From a virus (Duplodnaviria; Caudoviricetes): a DNA stretch of 60,771 nt. Numbering within the stretch: position 1 is the stretch's first letter; each line of letters begins with the position of its first letter. The translations under genes were made by a program, and so were the position numbers. The stretch is taken from positions 1 through 60,771 of the IMG/VR virus record IMGVR_UViG_3300017773_000008, one strand, 5' to 3'. Below the pieces are notes generated by a model, which had not been told where the DNA came from, did no database searches, and saw nothing but the letters and a program-made list of their open reading frames with translations. This document shows positions 8,624-17,076 of this stretch, piece after piece.

Positions 8624-9017
8624 ATACGAGAAAAGGCTCGACCAGTATGTTAAGAAATGGATTTCATTCCGAGAAAGGGCTGTAGACAATGCAGAAAAAT
8701 ATTATGAAATACTCAGAAGGAAAGGTGTGATGAACAAAATTCAAAAACTACAAGATGACTCGTTATATTGTATAAGTGTAGACAATGCCACTGGATGTAT
8801 TATAACTTCATGTATTGGTATACAATGTCTTGACAATCCATTAAAAGACACTTATATGTCTATAGACGAACTACCAGATTGGGTGAAGGGAAAGATAGCC
8901 GTGTTAAATATGGTTGAACTTATTAAGGATACCAACGGACAAGAGTACTCTGAAATCGTTGATGGTGTTGGATATAGATTAGGGAATACGTATTACATAG
9001 GCCCGTTAACACGTTAG
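8568..9017 (+). CDS. Hypothetical protein (true start probably 8610 or 8730); C-terminus resembles that of the upstream ORF
   Basis: ORF track; GGAAAGG RBS before ATG 8730; TAG stop inside palindrome copy 9. Confidence 0.65.
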   Translation: MSKVSVCIMGIICIMSLSEYEKRLDQYVKKWISFRERAVDNAEKYYEILRRKGVMNKIQKLQDDSLYCISVDNATGCIITSCIGIQCLDNPLKDTYMSIDELPDWVKGKIAVLNMVELIKDTNGQEYSEIVDGVGYRLGNTYYIGPLTR

Positions 9018-9029
9018 GGATTCCCTAAC
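9013..9029. repeat. 17-bp palindrome copy 9 (GTTAGGG-ATT-CCCTAAC)
   Basis: Direct reading. Confidence 0.95.
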
Positions 9030-9032
9030 AAA

Positions 9033-9075
9033 AACGGAGGGCAAAAAAATGTCCTCCGTTGAAACCAGTTTTTTT
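9033..9075 (+). terminator. Terminator-like hairpin
   Basis: AACGGAGGGCA-A6-TGTCCTCCGTT, with the T tract displaced 8 nt downstream. Confidence 0.5.
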
Positions 9076-9090
9076 GATTAGGAGTTACAC

Positions 9091-9420
9091 ATGGCAATGA
9101 CCCCAGAAAAGAAAGTGAAACAGAAAGTAACCAAACAACTAAAAGAGATTGGCGCATACTACTTTTATCCCATGACAGGTGGGTATGGTAAGAGTGGAGT
9201 GCCAGATATAATTGGTTGCTACGAGGGTAAGTTTTTTGGATTTGAATGTAAGGCAGGTAGCAATAAGCCTACACCACTACAGGAAAAGAACTTAACAGAT
9301 ATACGTGAAGCAGGTGGTGTGGCGGCGGTAATTAATGAAAATAATGTAGACGAGGTAAAAACCATTTTGGGCATGGGAGAAAATCAGCTAGAGTTTGATT
9401 TCCCTGTACAATACGAGTGA
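9091..9420 (+). CDS. VRR-NUC family nuclease (putative Holliday junction resolvase)
   Basis: TPEKKVK...GVPDII...FECKAG..KPTPLQ motif. Confidence 0.85.
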   Translation: MAMTPEKKVKQKVTKQLKEIGAYYFYPMTGGYGKSGVPDIIGCYEGKFFGFECKAGSNKPTPLQEKNLTDIREAGGVAAVINENNVDEVKTILGMGENQLEFDFPVQYE

Positions 9421-9613
9421 GGCAGGTTTCCTACTATCTTTTATTAGATTTTTCAGTAGTAGGGATGCGTAAGCAGAGAGAGCGCAAAAATCCTCTGCAT
9501 CAGGGGTGGGAATATTTCCTATTGGTTTCCCTTTCTTCCCATGACCCTGACGGAGTAGGGTACGAGATAACCTAGACCCCCCTCTTGAAGGGGGGCAACA
9601 GAAGGAAGAGAGA

Positions 9614-9907
9614 GTGTTTACAGTAACGACTTATAGTTTGTGGCTTATGGTTACACTTCCCAGTATGGATATGTGTAATACGTGGTCGGAGATATCTTAT
9701 GGTAACAAGTACAGTTGCTTTGAACTCGTTGATGAAGATGGATTTAAACAATATGGTCAGTTCTTTATAATGAAATATAAGACGTTAGGAGAATGTAGCA
9801 GGGTGTCTAAAGAAGTAATGGGTGAGAATAATTGTTACGAAAGTTATAGCTACACACTTGAGATGCCAGTGCCTAGACCAGATAAACTAAGGGAGAAACA
9901 GGACTAA
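9614..9907 (+). CDS. Hypothetical protein
   Basis: 97 aa; GTG start after AAGGAAG. Confidence 0.5.
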   Translation: MFTVTTYSLWLMVTLPSMDMCNTWSEISYGNKYSCFELVDEDGFKQYGQFFIMKYKTLGECSRVSKEVMGENNCYESYSYTLEMPVPRPDKLREKQD

Positions 9908-10098
9908 TGACATTATCAAAAGAAAGTAGATATTGTATGATGAAACTGGGGGTTAAGAAAGGTAATTTTTTTGACCACCTAGATAAAGATGAGATTGAAT
10001 GGCTGACAGTGGAAGCTAGTCAAATGAAAACAGATATTGGGGTGGTAGTCGCATCTATTATTAAAGATGTTTACTATGAAGAAAAAGAAGATGAATGA
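9907..10098 (+). CDS. Hypothetical protein
   Basis: 63 aa; TAATG coupling. Confidence 0.6.
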   Translation: MTLSKESRYCMMKLGVKKGNFFDHLDKDEIEWLTVEASQMKTDIGVVVASIIKDVYYEEKEDE

Positions 10099-10237
10099 TA
10101 AATCAGAACCCTTAATTATTCGTAAGAACGATCAAAAAGCCAAAGAAAGGCGAGAGAAGATAGAGGCTAGGAAGAAACAACATGAGCATTTTATGTGGAA
10201 ACGTTTTAACAAGGAGAGTAAAAATGGAAAAAAGTAA
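10091..10237 (+). CDS. Small basic hypothetical protein (48 aa)
   Basis: Manual translation MNDKSEPLIIRK...; fills the gap between coupled genes. Confidence 0.45.
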   Translation: MNDKSEPLIIRKNDQKAKERREKIEARKKQHEHFMWKRFNKESKNGKK

Positions 10238-10667
10238 AAAAGGAAAAGTGTGGGAGATATTAGTGGACAACCCATTAATGTCAAATAAAGCTGTAGCAGA
10301 GAGGGCAGGGTGTAGTGTCAACTATGTTAGCATATTAAGGCAAAGCGTAGGCACACCAAAAGAAGTTTTTGAGGAAGAAGAGAACAAAAAACAATTTAAT
10401 AGGTCTAAGATATTACAGAGCGCAGATATCTTAGTATCAAAAGACAGGGCAGATGAGCATGGTGAAGCTATGCACAACTTTGTAGCTATCGGTGATTTGT
10501 GGAACGCATACCTTGGCCTTAATAATTTCATAACACCACAAGATGTACCTATGATGTTAGCCTTACTCAAGATGGCAAGGACAAAAGAGAACCCTGATAA
10601 CGCAGATAACTATCGTGACCTGTGTGGTTATGGTGCGTTGGCAGGAGAAGTGAGTAGGAACAAATGA
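10224..10667 (+). CDS. HTH + DUF6378-like domain protein
   Basis: N-terminal SNKAVAERAGCSVNYV HTH-like segment; C-terminal RADEHG...IGDLWNAYL...LLKMAR...DNYRDLCGYGAL; AGGAG RBS. Confidence 0.7.
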   Translation: MEKSKKGKVWEILVDNPLMSNKAVAERAGCSVNYVSILRQSVGTPKEVFEEEENKKQFNRSKILQSADILVSKDRADEHGEAMHNFVAIGDLWNAYLGLNNFITPQDVPMMLALLKMARTKENPDNADNYRDLCGYGALAGEVSRNK

Positions 10668-10816
10668 TAGAAGAACCTACTCATATTGCTTTAGCCAAAT
10701 CACGAATATTATCTGATGTTAGGTATTTAAACGAGTGGAGAGCTGTTATGATTAAAATAATTGTAGAGGCCGATAGTGTTGGAGAAGCCTTAAAAAAGAT
10801 ATTAGAGGCTAAGTAA
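10664..10816 (+). CDS. Small hypothetical protein (50 aa)
   Basis: Manual translation MIEEPTHIAL...; ATGA and TAATG overlaps at both ends. Confidence 0.55.
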   Translation: MIEEPTHIALAKSRILSDVRYLNEWRAVMIKIIVEADSVGEALKKILEAK

Positions 10817-12636
10817 TGGATTTAATTACATTAGACTTTGAAACATACTACGACAAAGACTATTCTTTGAAGAAGTTAACAATGGAAGAGTACGTGCGTG
10901 ACCCACGCTTTGAAGTGATAGGGGTCGCAGTAAAAGTTAATAACGGAGAAACGGAGTGGGCAAGTGGAACACATGAACAACTCAGCAAGTACTTACAGGC
11001 TTTCGATTGGGAAAACTCTATGGTACTTGCTCATAACACTATGTTTGATGGTGCTATTCTTAATTGGCATTATAGTATTATGCCTCGCGTCTATACCGAT
11101 ACTATGTGTATTGCCCGTGCTGTACATGGGGTTGAAAACAGTGCAAGTCTCAGGGCGTTATCTGAAAAGTACAATATCGGCACTAAGGGGCAGGAGATAC
11201 TCAACACGCTCGGAAAGAAACGTGAACAATTTGAAGAGCGTGAACTAGAGAAGTTTGGTGACTACTGTGTTAATGACGTAGACCTAACATACAAACTGTT
11301 CTTGAAGATGGGTAAAGACTTTCCAAAGAAAGAACTCAAGCTGATAGATTTAACACTACGTATGTTTATAGAACCAACATTAGATTTGGATCTAACTCTA
11401 TTAGAAAGCCATCTCACAGAAACACGTCAACGTAAGGAGGACTTATTGACTAGCGCGGCTGTTGAACGTGATGACTTAATGAGCAACCCCAAGTTTGCAG
11501 AGTTACTAAAAGGTCTTGATGTTGAACCCCCAACGAAGATAAGCCCAACGACAGGGAAAGAAACACTTGCATTGGCTAAGTCTGACGAGGGTTTTAAGGC
11601 TCTACAAGAACACCCTGACGAGAGAGTGCAACAACTTGTAGCCGCGAGACTTGGTAACAAAAGTACACTAGAAGAAACTAGGACACAAAGGTTTATAGAC
11701 ATTTCAAAGCGTGGGTTACTACCTGTACCTGTTAGATATTATGCGGCACACACAGGCAGGTGGGGTGGAGATGATAAGATTAATCTACAAAATCTACCAA
11801 GCCGTGGGGTAAATGGTAAGAAGTTAAAGCGTAGTATAATACCCCCTGTGGGCCACACAATCATTGACGCTGACTCGTCACAGATAGAAGCAAGAGTGTT
11901 GGCGTGGCTTGCAGGGCAAGACGATTTGACCAATGCGTTTGCAAAGGGCGAAGATGTATATAAGAAGATGGCATCTAGGATATATGGCGTAGCAGAGAGT
12001 GACGTGACCAAAGACCAGAGGTTCGTGGGCAAGACTACAATCTTAGGTGCAGGGTATGGCATGGGCGCACAAAAGTTCCAAGACCAACTAAAGACATTTG
12101 GCTTTCAACTAGAACTGGGAGAAGCACGAAGGGTTATCAAGATTTATAGAGAAACTAACTACAACATTAACAAGTTATGGCGTGAGGCACAACAAGCCCT
12201 CGTTGAGCTACATTCATTGTCAACAGTATCATTAGGTTTCGGTAATGTCTTGAGGGTAGAAGATGGTAAGATACGACTGCCCTCTGGGTTGCACATAAAA
12301 TACGAGGACTTGCGCTTTGACCAGACGGACAAAGGTGTAGAATTTCACTACAAAACAAGGCGTGGGCGCACACGGATATATGGTGGGAAGATTATAGAGA
12401 ACGTATGCCAAGCCATAGCACGTTGCATAATTGGTGAACAAATGCTACAAATAGCTAAGAAATATAAAGTTGTCCTGACTGTACACGACTCGATTGCGTG
12501 TTGTGTCAAGGATGAAGAGGTAGCAGAAGCACAGGAATTTATAGAGAGTCGTATGCGTTGGACACCAGACTGGGCAAAAGGTTTACCTATAGATTGCGAA
12601 AGCGGAACAGGAAAATCATATGGAGATTGTGAATGA
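10816..12636 (+). CDS. polA: Family A DNA polymerase with 3'-5' exonuclease domain
   Basis: Exo I LDFETY, HTGRWGG..NLQNLP, motif A DSSQIEARV, motif B RFVGKTTILGAGYG, motif C VHDS. Confidence 0.95.
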   Translation: MDLITLDFETYYDKDYSLKKLTMEEYVRDPRFEVIGVAVKVNNGETEWASGTHEQLSKYLQAFDWENSMVLAHNTMFDGAILNWHYSIMPRVYTDTMCIARAVHGVENSASLRALSEKYNIGTKGQEILNTLGKKREQFEERELEKFGDYCVNDVDLTYKLFLKMGKDFPKKELKLIDLTLRMFIEPTLDLDLTLLESHLTETRQRKEDLLTSAAVERDDLMSNPKFAELLKGLDVEPPTKISPTTGKETLALAKSDEGFKALQEHPDERVQQLVAARLGNKSTLEETRTQRFIDISKRGLLPVPVRYYAAHTGRWGGDDKINLQNLPSRGVNGKKLKRSIIPPVGHTIIDADSSQIEARVLAWLAGQDDLTNAFAKGEDVYKKMASRIYGVAESDVTKDQRFVGKTTILGAGYGMGAQKFQDQLKTFGFQLELGEARRVIKIYRETNYNINKLWREAQQALVELHSLSTVSLGFGNVLRVEDGKIRLPSGLHIKYEDLRFDQTDKGVEFHYKTRRGRTRIYGGKIIENVCQAIARCIIGEQMLQIAKKYKVVLTVHDSIACCVKDEEVAEAQEFIESRMRWTPDWAKGLPIDCESGTGKSYGDCE

Positions 12637-13133
12637 TTGATGAATATGAACTAGCGATAGGGTACTCTGATTCTGGAGAACACCATAACCAAGACTTAAC
12701 CGTTAAAGATGAGCACATATGTTGCCCTAGATGTGAGTCAATACACCTGCTTATGGGTAAAATTTCTACACCTAATAAACTATCATCTTTTTTTCCTGAA
12801 CTAGAATGTGTTATTATAGAGTTCACTTGTAAAGAGAAAGAGTGTTCAGCAGAATTATCATTAGCTCTATTTAATGACAGTACGTGGCATTCACATATAA
12901 ATTGGGTGGAAAAAGTAGTTCCGTATGTAGAGGATACTATTGACGAATTAGAATCGTTTTCCCTAACAGGGCAAAGTAAAAAACTTAAAAGTCACGTAGA
13001 AAAACACAACCTATGGGATTTAAAGTTAGGTGAGGAGTTACCAGAAGGTGTTCCACCATACAGAAGCGAAGATTATGACAAGGGTGGAAACGATAAAGTT
13101 GTGAACATAAAAGATAAGAAAAACCCTTTATGA
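12633..13133 (+). CDS. Hypothetical Cys-containing protein
   Basis: 166 aa, CPRC and CKEKEC; overlaps both neighbours by 4 nt. Confidence 0.65.
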   Translation: MIDEYELAIGYSDSGEHHNQDLTVKDEHICCPRCESIHLLMGKISTPNKLSSFFPELECVIIEFTCKEKECSAELSLALFNDSTWHSHINWVEKVVPYVEDTIDELESFSLTGQSKKLKSHVEKHNLWDLKLGEELPEGVPPYRSEDYDKGGNDKVVNIKDKKNPL

Positions 13134-13795
13134 GCATAACCCCTTGGTCATTTAGTAGAATTAAGGCATTTGAACAATGCCCCAAGCAGTTCTATCATAT
13201 GAAGATAGCAAAGGACTACAAGGAAACATACACAGAAGCCATGCGTTATGGTACGGAGGCTCATCTTGTTGCTGAAGAATACATACGTGATGGGAAGCCA
13301 ATACCAGATAAGTTTACTTACCTGCGCGGCCCCCTGGAATCACTTAGTAGAAGACGTGGTAAGAAGTTTACAGAGATAAAGATGGGTTTGACAGCTGAGT
13401 TTGAGGTTTGTGACTTCAAAGCTGAAGATGTTTGGTGGCGTGGGATTGCTGACCTAGTTATTGTAGATGGTGACAAGGCATGGGTGGTGGACTACAAAAC
13501 AGGCAAGTCTGCCCAGTATGCTGATAAGAGCCAACTGGAACTTATGGCTATGGCTACCTTCAAATACTTCCCAGAGGTTAGAAAAGTAAACGCGGCTTTG
13601 ATGTTTGTAGTCGCTAAAAAATTCATAAAACAAAAATATAGTGATGACATGCTACCTGCATTGTGGGATAAATGGGTATCAAGTTATAAACGCATGGAGA
13701 CTGCATACGATAACGACATATGGAACGCACGACCAAGTGGGCTATGTAAAAGACACTGTGCAGTAATTGAATGTGTATACAATGGGAGTAATTAG
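13130..13795 (+). CDS. PD-(D/E)xK (Cas4/RecB-like) exonuclease
   Basis: WSFS..FEQCP, GIADL...VVDYKTG, QLELMA, C-terminal Cys cluster. Confidence 0.88.
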   Translation: MSITPWSFSRIKAFEQCPKQFYHMKIAKDYKETYTEAMRYGTEAHLVAEEYIRDGKPIPDKFTYLRGPLESLSRRRGKKFTEIKMGLTAEFEVCDFKAEDVWWRGIADLVIVDGDKAWVVDYKTGKSAQYADKSQLELMAMATFKYFPEVRKVNAALMFVVAKKFIKQKYSDDMLPALWDKWVSSYKRMETAYDNDIWNARPSGLCKRHCAVIECVYNGSN

Positions 13796-14050
13796 ATGCC
13801 ATATACAAAATCACCTAGACCTTACAAGAAAGAATATAAGAAACAAAAAGAACGTGGGGAGCATCCTGATAGGATGGATCGCCAACGTGCCAGACGTGCC
13901 TACGATAAGAAAGGCGTAAACCGCAAAGGTAAAGATGTGTCACACAACAAGATGTTAAGTAAAGGTGGCACAAACAAGGATGGAACTAAACTAGAAAGCC
14001 CTTCAAAGAACCGTGCTAGGAACGGTCAAAAAAAGGGAAAGAAAAAATGA
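13796..14050 (+). CDS. Small basic HNH-like protein (degenerate)
   Basis: GKDVSH...LSKGGTN...SKNRARN pattern. Confidence 0.6.
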   Translation: MPYTKSPRPYKKEYKKQKERGEHPDRMDRQRARRAYDKKGVNRKGKDVSHNKMLSKGGTNKDGTKLESPSKNRARNGQKKGKKK

Positions 14051-14062
14051 GTGGAGAGATGA

Positions 14063-15598
14063 ATGCAAATAATAGACAACAAGGCTTTACTTCTAAAGTT
14101 ACGTGACCCTAGCAAGGTTGTTGCTAATATACCTAAGAGTAAAACTGTTGGTGATAACCAAGTGGTTGTTAACTGGGGTCTTGATGAAGCACAGAGCCTT
14201 AGACAGTTAGATATAAAAGTACCTTCTCCTATTGAAGGGCAGTACAAGTGGACAGGTAGATATAAACCTTTTCAACATCAGATAACCACAGCATCATTTA
14301 TGACGATGAACAAGAGAGGTTTTTGTTTTAACGAGCAAGGCACAGGCAAGACTGCTAGTGCTATATGGGCATCAGACTACTTATTAAAGAAGGGATATAT
14401 AAATCGTGTGTTAGTAATATGCCCGCTATCAATCATGGATAGCGCATGGCGTGATGACTTGTTTACATTTGCTACACACAGAACGGTGTCTGTAGCTCAC
14501 GGTTCTGCTGATAAAAGAAAAGAGATAATAGCGCAAGGCTCTGAGTATGTTGTTATAAACTATGATGGTATAGGTATAGTTCTAGAAGAACTGCAAAAAG
14601 GTGGCTTTGATCTTATTATTGTTGATGAAGCTACACACTATAAGAATGCACGGACTACACGTTGGAAGAACCTATTTAGATTGATGAAAGAAGACACATG
14701 GTTGTGGATGATGACAGGTACACCTGCCGCACAGAATCCCACAGATGCGTATGGACTTGCAAAACTCATAAACCCATATGGTGTACCAAGGTTTTTTGGT
14801 GCGTTTAAAGATCAAGTTATGTTTAAAGTATCTCAGTTTACTTGGAAGATAAAACCAACTGCTACAGATACGGTGTTCAAAGCACTGCAACCTGCAATAA
14901 GATTTACCAAAGATGAGTGTTTGGACTTACCCCCAATGGTGTACTTGAAACGACAGATAGAACTTACTGCACAACAAAAGAAGTATTACAAACAACTAAA
15001 AACTAAACTTGTTATGGACATAACAGGGGAGCAAATCACTGCTATAAATGCAGCTGTGAGCCTTAACAAGTTACTGCAAATCTCAGCAGGGGCTATCTAC
15101 ACAGACGAGAAAGAAGTATTAGAGTTCGATATAAAGAATAGGTATAAAGTTTTACGAGAAGTCATAGACGAGTCAAGCCAAAAGGTGTTAGTGTTTGTAC
15201 CCTTTACTCACGTGATAAATATATTAACAGATAAATTAAGAGCAGAGGGCATAACAACTGAGATTATAAGGGGTGATGTACCTGCACATAAACGGACTAG
15301 CATATTTAAACAGTTCCAAGAGAGTGCTGACCCACAGGTACTCGTGATACAACCACAAGCAGCAGCACATGGTGTCACGTTAACAGCCGCCAATACAATC
15401 GTATGGTGGGGGCCTACAAGTTCTTTAGAAACCTACGACCAAGCTAATGCCAGAGTACACAGGTCAGGACAGAACCACAAATGCACAGTCGTACAACTGC
15501 AAGGTTCTGACGCAGAAAGACACGTTTACAAGTTATTAGATAGAAGAATAAACGTACACGCAAAACTTACCGATCTTTACAAAGAAATACTTGACTAA
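14063..15598 (+). CDS. SNF2-family (SF2) helicase
   Basis: EQGTGKT, IIVDEAT, MTGTP, HGVTLT, QANARVHRSGQ motifs. Confidence 0.92.
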   Translation: MQIIDNKALLLKLRDPSKVVANIPKSKTVGDNQVVVNWGLDEAQSLRQLDIKVPSPIEGQYKWTGRYKPFQHQITTASFMTMNKRGFCFNEQGTGKTASAIWASDYLLKKGYINRVLVICPLSIMDSAWRDDLFTFATHRTVSVAHGSADKRKEIIAQGSEYVVINYDGIGIVLEELQKGGFDLIIVDEATHYKNARTTRWKNLFRLMKEDTWLWMMTGTPAAQNPTDAYGLAKLINPYGVPRFFGAFKDQVMFKVSQFTWKIKPTATDTVFKALQPAIRFTKDECLDLPPMVYLKRQIELTAQQKKYYKQLKTKLVMDITGEQITAINAAVSLNKLLQISAGAIYTDEKEVLEFDIKNRYKVLREVIDESSQKVLVFVPFTHVINILTDKLRAEGITTEIIRGDVPAHKRTSIFKQFQESADPQVLVIQPQAAAHGVTLTAANTIVWWGPTSSLETYDQANARVHRSGQNHKCTVVQLQGSDAERHVYKLLDRRINVHAKLTDLYKEILD

Positions 15599-15619
15599 TA
15601 CATTTTTAGTCATTATATG
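15591..15619 (+). promoter_or_regulatory. Putative promoter overlapped by an inverted repeat (operator-like)
   Basis: TTGACT with a TATAT-like -10; TGACTAA-N7-TTAGTCA at 15592-15612. Confidence 0.4.
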
Positions 15620-15648
15620 TAATGTTCTGATAGGAAGAGGAGATAACA

Positions 15649-16041
15649 ATGGGTGAGATAACCCCTGATAAACTAACTAAGACGTTTTTAAAAATACGAG
15701 CAAAGCGATCTTTAATGACTGCTGAATTTAAAAAAGAAGACGATAAACTACAGCAACAACTAGATCGTGTTAAACAGGCCATGCTAGATCATTGCGAGAG
15801 GCACAATGTTCAAAGCGTTAAAAGTTCTGAAGGATTGTTCTTTACGTCTAATAAAACGAAGTATTGGGCAAGCGATTGGGATGCTATGCACACTTTTATA
15901 AAAGAGCATAATATACCAGAGCTGTTGGATAAACGTATTAATCAGACTAACATGAAGGATTTTTTAGAAGACAACCCTGATAAAGTTCCTGATGGGCTTG
16001 AGATAAGTCAGGAAACATCAATATCTGTGAGGAAAAGATGA
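15649..16041 (+). CDS. Conserved phage replication-module protein (coiled-coil)
   Basis: 130 aa, GAGGAG RBS, typical ...DWDAM..FIKEH..PELLDKRI pattern. Confidence 0.7.
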   Translation: MGEITPDKLTKTFLKIRAKRSLMTAEFKKEDDKLQQQLDRVKQAMLDHCERHNVQSVKSSEGLFFTSNKTKYWASDWDAMHTFIKEHNIPELLDKRINQTNMKDFLEDNPDKVPDGLEISQETSISVRKR

Positions 16042-16289
16042 ACGAACCTTTTGTACCAATAGAAGATGTAGCCAAGCACTTTAGTGTTTCTATATCTACT
16101 GTCCGTGCATGGGTACGTCAAAAGCACATACCAGAGGATGCTTATTTTAAGATAGGCAAGACCTACAGGTTTCGTGTTGGTGATGTAGCCAATGCACTTA
16201 CTAAAGTCACCAGTGAGGATACATCTAGTAATAAAGATGACCTTGTTGATGAACTACCAAGTCTAGATGATCTAGATGAAGACCTATAA
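16038..16289 (+). CDS. Excisionase/MerR-like HTH DNA-binding protein
   Basis: IEDVAKHFSVSISTVRAWVR...IP...KIGKTYRF. Confidence 0.8.
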   Translation: MNEPFVPIEDVAKHFSVSISTVRAWVRQKHIPEDAYFKIGKTYRFRVGDVANALTKVTSEDTSSNKDDLVDELPSLDDLDEDL

Positions 16290-16310
16290 CTGCGGAAGAA
16301 GGAGACGCGA

Positions 16311-16973
16311 ATGGAAACTTATATAATAAAAAACGTAGAAGCCTTATGGCCTAAAATAAATCGTACCTATCATTTTGATAGTAATGAGGGTCGGTCTATG
16401 CCATGTGACCCTAAAGATGCTAATGCAGAATACTCTATACAGTTTCGTATGGACAATGATACTGCAAAAAATCTTTATACTGAGATGGCTAAATCATACC
16501 AAGCTAATCGTAAAGATAAGTGGGCTGAAAAATTAGAACGCCCGTTTGTTAAAGATGACAATGGTATGTTTACGCACAAGTCTAACTTGAAAGGCGCATA
16601 CAAGAACGAGGTAACAAAGAAACCTCTACAGGTTGATGCGAAAGGTACGAAACTACCTGATGACTTCTTACTGACTACAGGAAGTGTGATTAATGTAGCT
16701 GTACAGTTTATACCTTATGACATGGGGGGTAAACAAAACATATCCCTACGATTAAAAGGTGTACAGGTTATCAAGTACGTGCCTATTGAAGAAAGAAATC
16801 CTTTTGCAGCAGAGGAAGGATTTACTATGGATGCGGACAACCCTTTTAGTGCAGATGCACCTGTTAAAGAGGAAGCTGTCCCAGAACCAAAGAAAGTTGT
16901 TAACAAACCCGCAAATCCACCTAAAGCGGCTGATGACGACTTGAGTGCTATTGTTGATGACTGGGATGACTAG
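16311..16973 (+). CDS. ssb: Single-stranded DNA-binding protein (T7 gp2.5-like)
   Basis: GSVINV...ISLRLKGVQVI and an acidic/aromatic C-terminus DDWDD; located in the replication module. Confidence 0.7.
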   Translation: METYIIKNVEALWPKINRTYHFDSNEGRSMPCDPKDANAEYSIQFRMDNDTAKNLYTEMAKSYQANRKDKWAEKLERPFVKDDNGMFTHKSNLKGAYKNEVTKKPLQVDAKGTKLPDDFLLTTGSVINVAVQFIPYDMGGKQNISLRLKGVQVIKYVPIEERNPFAAEEGFTMDADNPFSADAPVKEEAVPEPKKVVNKPANPPKAADDDLSAIVDDWDD

Positions 16974-17006
16974 TCATTTTTGCCTGCTGCTCTAATAGTA
17001 GCACTC

Positions 17007-17069
17007 CACCACGACTAGGCATTGCCGAAACGAGTAACGTGCCGTACTCTGTCGTGGTGTCTTCGGCAC
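17007..17069 (+). ncRNA. Candidate structured cis-regulatory RNA (multi-stem junction plus pseudoknot) upstream of the primase
   Basis: CACCACGAC/GTCGTGGTG 9-bp stem, inner GAGTA/TACTC stem, loop GTGCCG complementary to downstream CGGCAC. Confidence 0.5.
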
Positions 17070-17076
17070 ACCAAAT

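Noticed and set aside
1835-9029. Integron attC sites (GTTRRRY-like core)
   Set aside because: The arm order is reversed relative to attC (RYYYAAC...GTTRRRY), the element is only 17 bp with no L boxes, and I found no tyrosine recombinase
16038-16289. Lysogeny module implied by the excisionase-like HTH
   Set aside because: No integrase, CI-like repressor or att-adjacent host genes recognised in an apparently complete genome
17007-17069. HDV-like/theta ribozyme
   Set aside because: The stem order is similar, but only ~2 nt separate P1' from P2', leaving no room for P1.1/P4/J4-2 catalytic residues; no adjacent tRNA
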